Positions 62,387 through 64,000 of a stretch of 64,000 nucleotides of DNA are shown here, one piece after another. This DNA is from Phoronis australis (taxonomy: Eukaryota; Animalia; Phoronida), in contig NMRA01000080.1 of the NCBI GenBank assembly GCA_002633005.1, positions 277,291 to 341,290 on the forward strand. Direction: 5' to 3'. The translations under genes and the position numbers were made by a program. A model generated the notes under the pieces. It made no database searches. It saw nothing but the letters and a program-made list of their open reading frames with translations, and was not told the origin of the DNA. Every line of letters begins with the position of its first letter. Position 1 is the first letter of the stretch.

Positions 62387-64000
62387 CCTCTGGTTCTGCA
62401 GATTTGTTGTTGATGGAAGGGACACGAGCCGCTAGTCAAATGCAGATTTAGTGAGGAGCTTGACGTTCACCAGGTGACACAAGTGAAACCCAGTCCTAGC
62501 TGTTGGAATGCATGCATTCAAGTTACTCAGAATTCTTATCTTGCAACTGCGTGTCAGTGAATAATTATCTGTTCTCTGTCTTGTCAGATGCTAAAAAGAG
62601 GAATCTTTCTCCTTTAGTACTACTGGTGAATATCGAGTGGTTCATTATTTCAAGTGCAGTATATGGAAGAAAAGTGAATCATTGTTTAAACGCACAATAT
62701 GAAATTAGTGAGGCAGTGTGGAGATTGCGTCTGTTTAAAATGTGGACAAATGTGTAGCAGGAGACTAAGAGATGGTGTGATGAAATGCGTGTCTGAAGTA
62801 ATTACTGAAGCACAACATGAGACAGACTACTGTGATAGGTTCAACGTGATCTTACGTATCAACATTTTGTTTATTTTAAATGTCGTCCTGTGTGTATCCA
62901 GGGATCAGTGCAATGGGCCCACATGCGCGGCCTGCGCACGTCTAGTACAACATGTATTAGACCGCCTGCAATTATTTTTTTTAATGTCCTTTATTGTGAT
63001 TTTAATGGTTATTTTGTCCGTTTCGGAATGGACCACAACAATAAATGTCGTAAAACGTTTTCACAATTAGAACAAAGTATGTCAAGAAGTAGAAATTTTC
63101 CTGTGACGAATTTCTCAATGAAAATATGGGAAGACGATTGTACTTCCACTTTACAGCAAGGAGGAGAGAATTGTAGCCAATAGACACAGTGGAAAGTGGT
63201 GTTGAAGGGGGGAGGGGGTGACGACCGAGGGCAGCTTTGTGTACTAGGGTCTTGGGCTTTTTATAGCTTTGGGTTCTTGGGGAAACTTAAATCATCGACT
63301 GGTAACATCTCGCCAATTTTCCTAAAGTTGATCCTATTCATTTTTCAAAGGCTTGTAACATTTTTGTGAATGCCACACATTGCTTGATGGTTGCCGTTTT
63401 GTAGAATTTAAAAATGACAACAGCATTCATTCGGACGTACTAATCTTTCTTGAAAAATAAAGAAATAAAGTTTCACATGTCCGCTATATTGTGTCCTAAA
63501 TTGGTGAGATTTTATCGTTACTTGTTTCAGTCGTTTCTCATATAAAATCGTGTTTCTAAAAAACTGTCTTGACTGGAAATAATTTTTTATGGAAATATAT
63601 TTTTCTTTGTCTTTGGCTTGTTCATTTAACAAAGTTGAGTTACCAGTGTTTGCATCAAAATTTAGCAATCAGCAGTATTTTGTTGTCTGAATTTGAAATT
63701 CAGTGAGTATGAAAAATGTTTGTGAAAGTATGGAAGCCCTAAAATCAGTGTATTCTTTTGAAACAATCGTGGACTAGGCTTGAAAATTCTGTGATTGCTC
63801 TGGCTGAAAGAGGGGACATTTTGGGCTCAAAGGGGGATAACTAGTCCATATAGTGGCTTAGAGTTTTGCTGATAGTGTAAATCACCTGGTGTCATTCAGA
63901 TACAACAGGCCTTTTGAAATTGAGATGCAAGGTCAGTGAAAGCAATTCTTTGTGAACACTGCTCTTAACAGTCATACAACTGTCCCATTTGAACTGTGTA

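Noticed and set aside
63185-63230. CACAGTG heptamer (RSS/Transib-like end); also at about 9315 and 51014
   Set aside because: No nonamer at 12/23 spacing and no matching opposite end in the window; expected by chance.

Overview
Eukaryotic (invertebrate-animal-like, AT-rich, intron-rich) genomic DNA containing four spliced protein-coding genes. I reconstructed all four by hand from GT-AG boundaries and phase continuity. (1) An ABCB1/P-glycoprotein-like full ABC transporter on the minus strand, with 20 coding exons from 23503 to 3982; TM12 and NBD2 lie beyond the left edge. (2) A MANSC-domain, Thr-rich mucin-stalk type I membrane protein of the MANSC1/C11orf24 type (+, 32152-34904). (3) CDK5RAP1, the MiaB-type mitochondrial tRNA methylthiotransferase (-, 50045-37532, 12 exons, 664 aa). 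(4) YRDC/Sua5 threonylcarbamoyl-AMP synthase (+, 50297-62386, 5 exons, 246 aa). The most notable feature is that the two tRNA-A37 modification genes are head-to-head with only 251 bp between start codons. YRDC is also preceded by a four-AUG uORF whose stop abuts its first AUG, a candidate t6A-sensitive leaky-scanning and dual-targeting device (hypothesis). Two tandem duplications (ABCB1 exons 2-3; YRDC exon 3) each contain a single N and may be uncollapsed haplotypes. The introns hold many non-autonomous transposons (3-, 5- and 6-bp TSD MITEs, Helentron-like elements with CTCF-motif or DR1-motif arrays, THAP relics, a LINE relic and a possible solo LTR). No rRNA, tRNA or CRISPR array was recognised.
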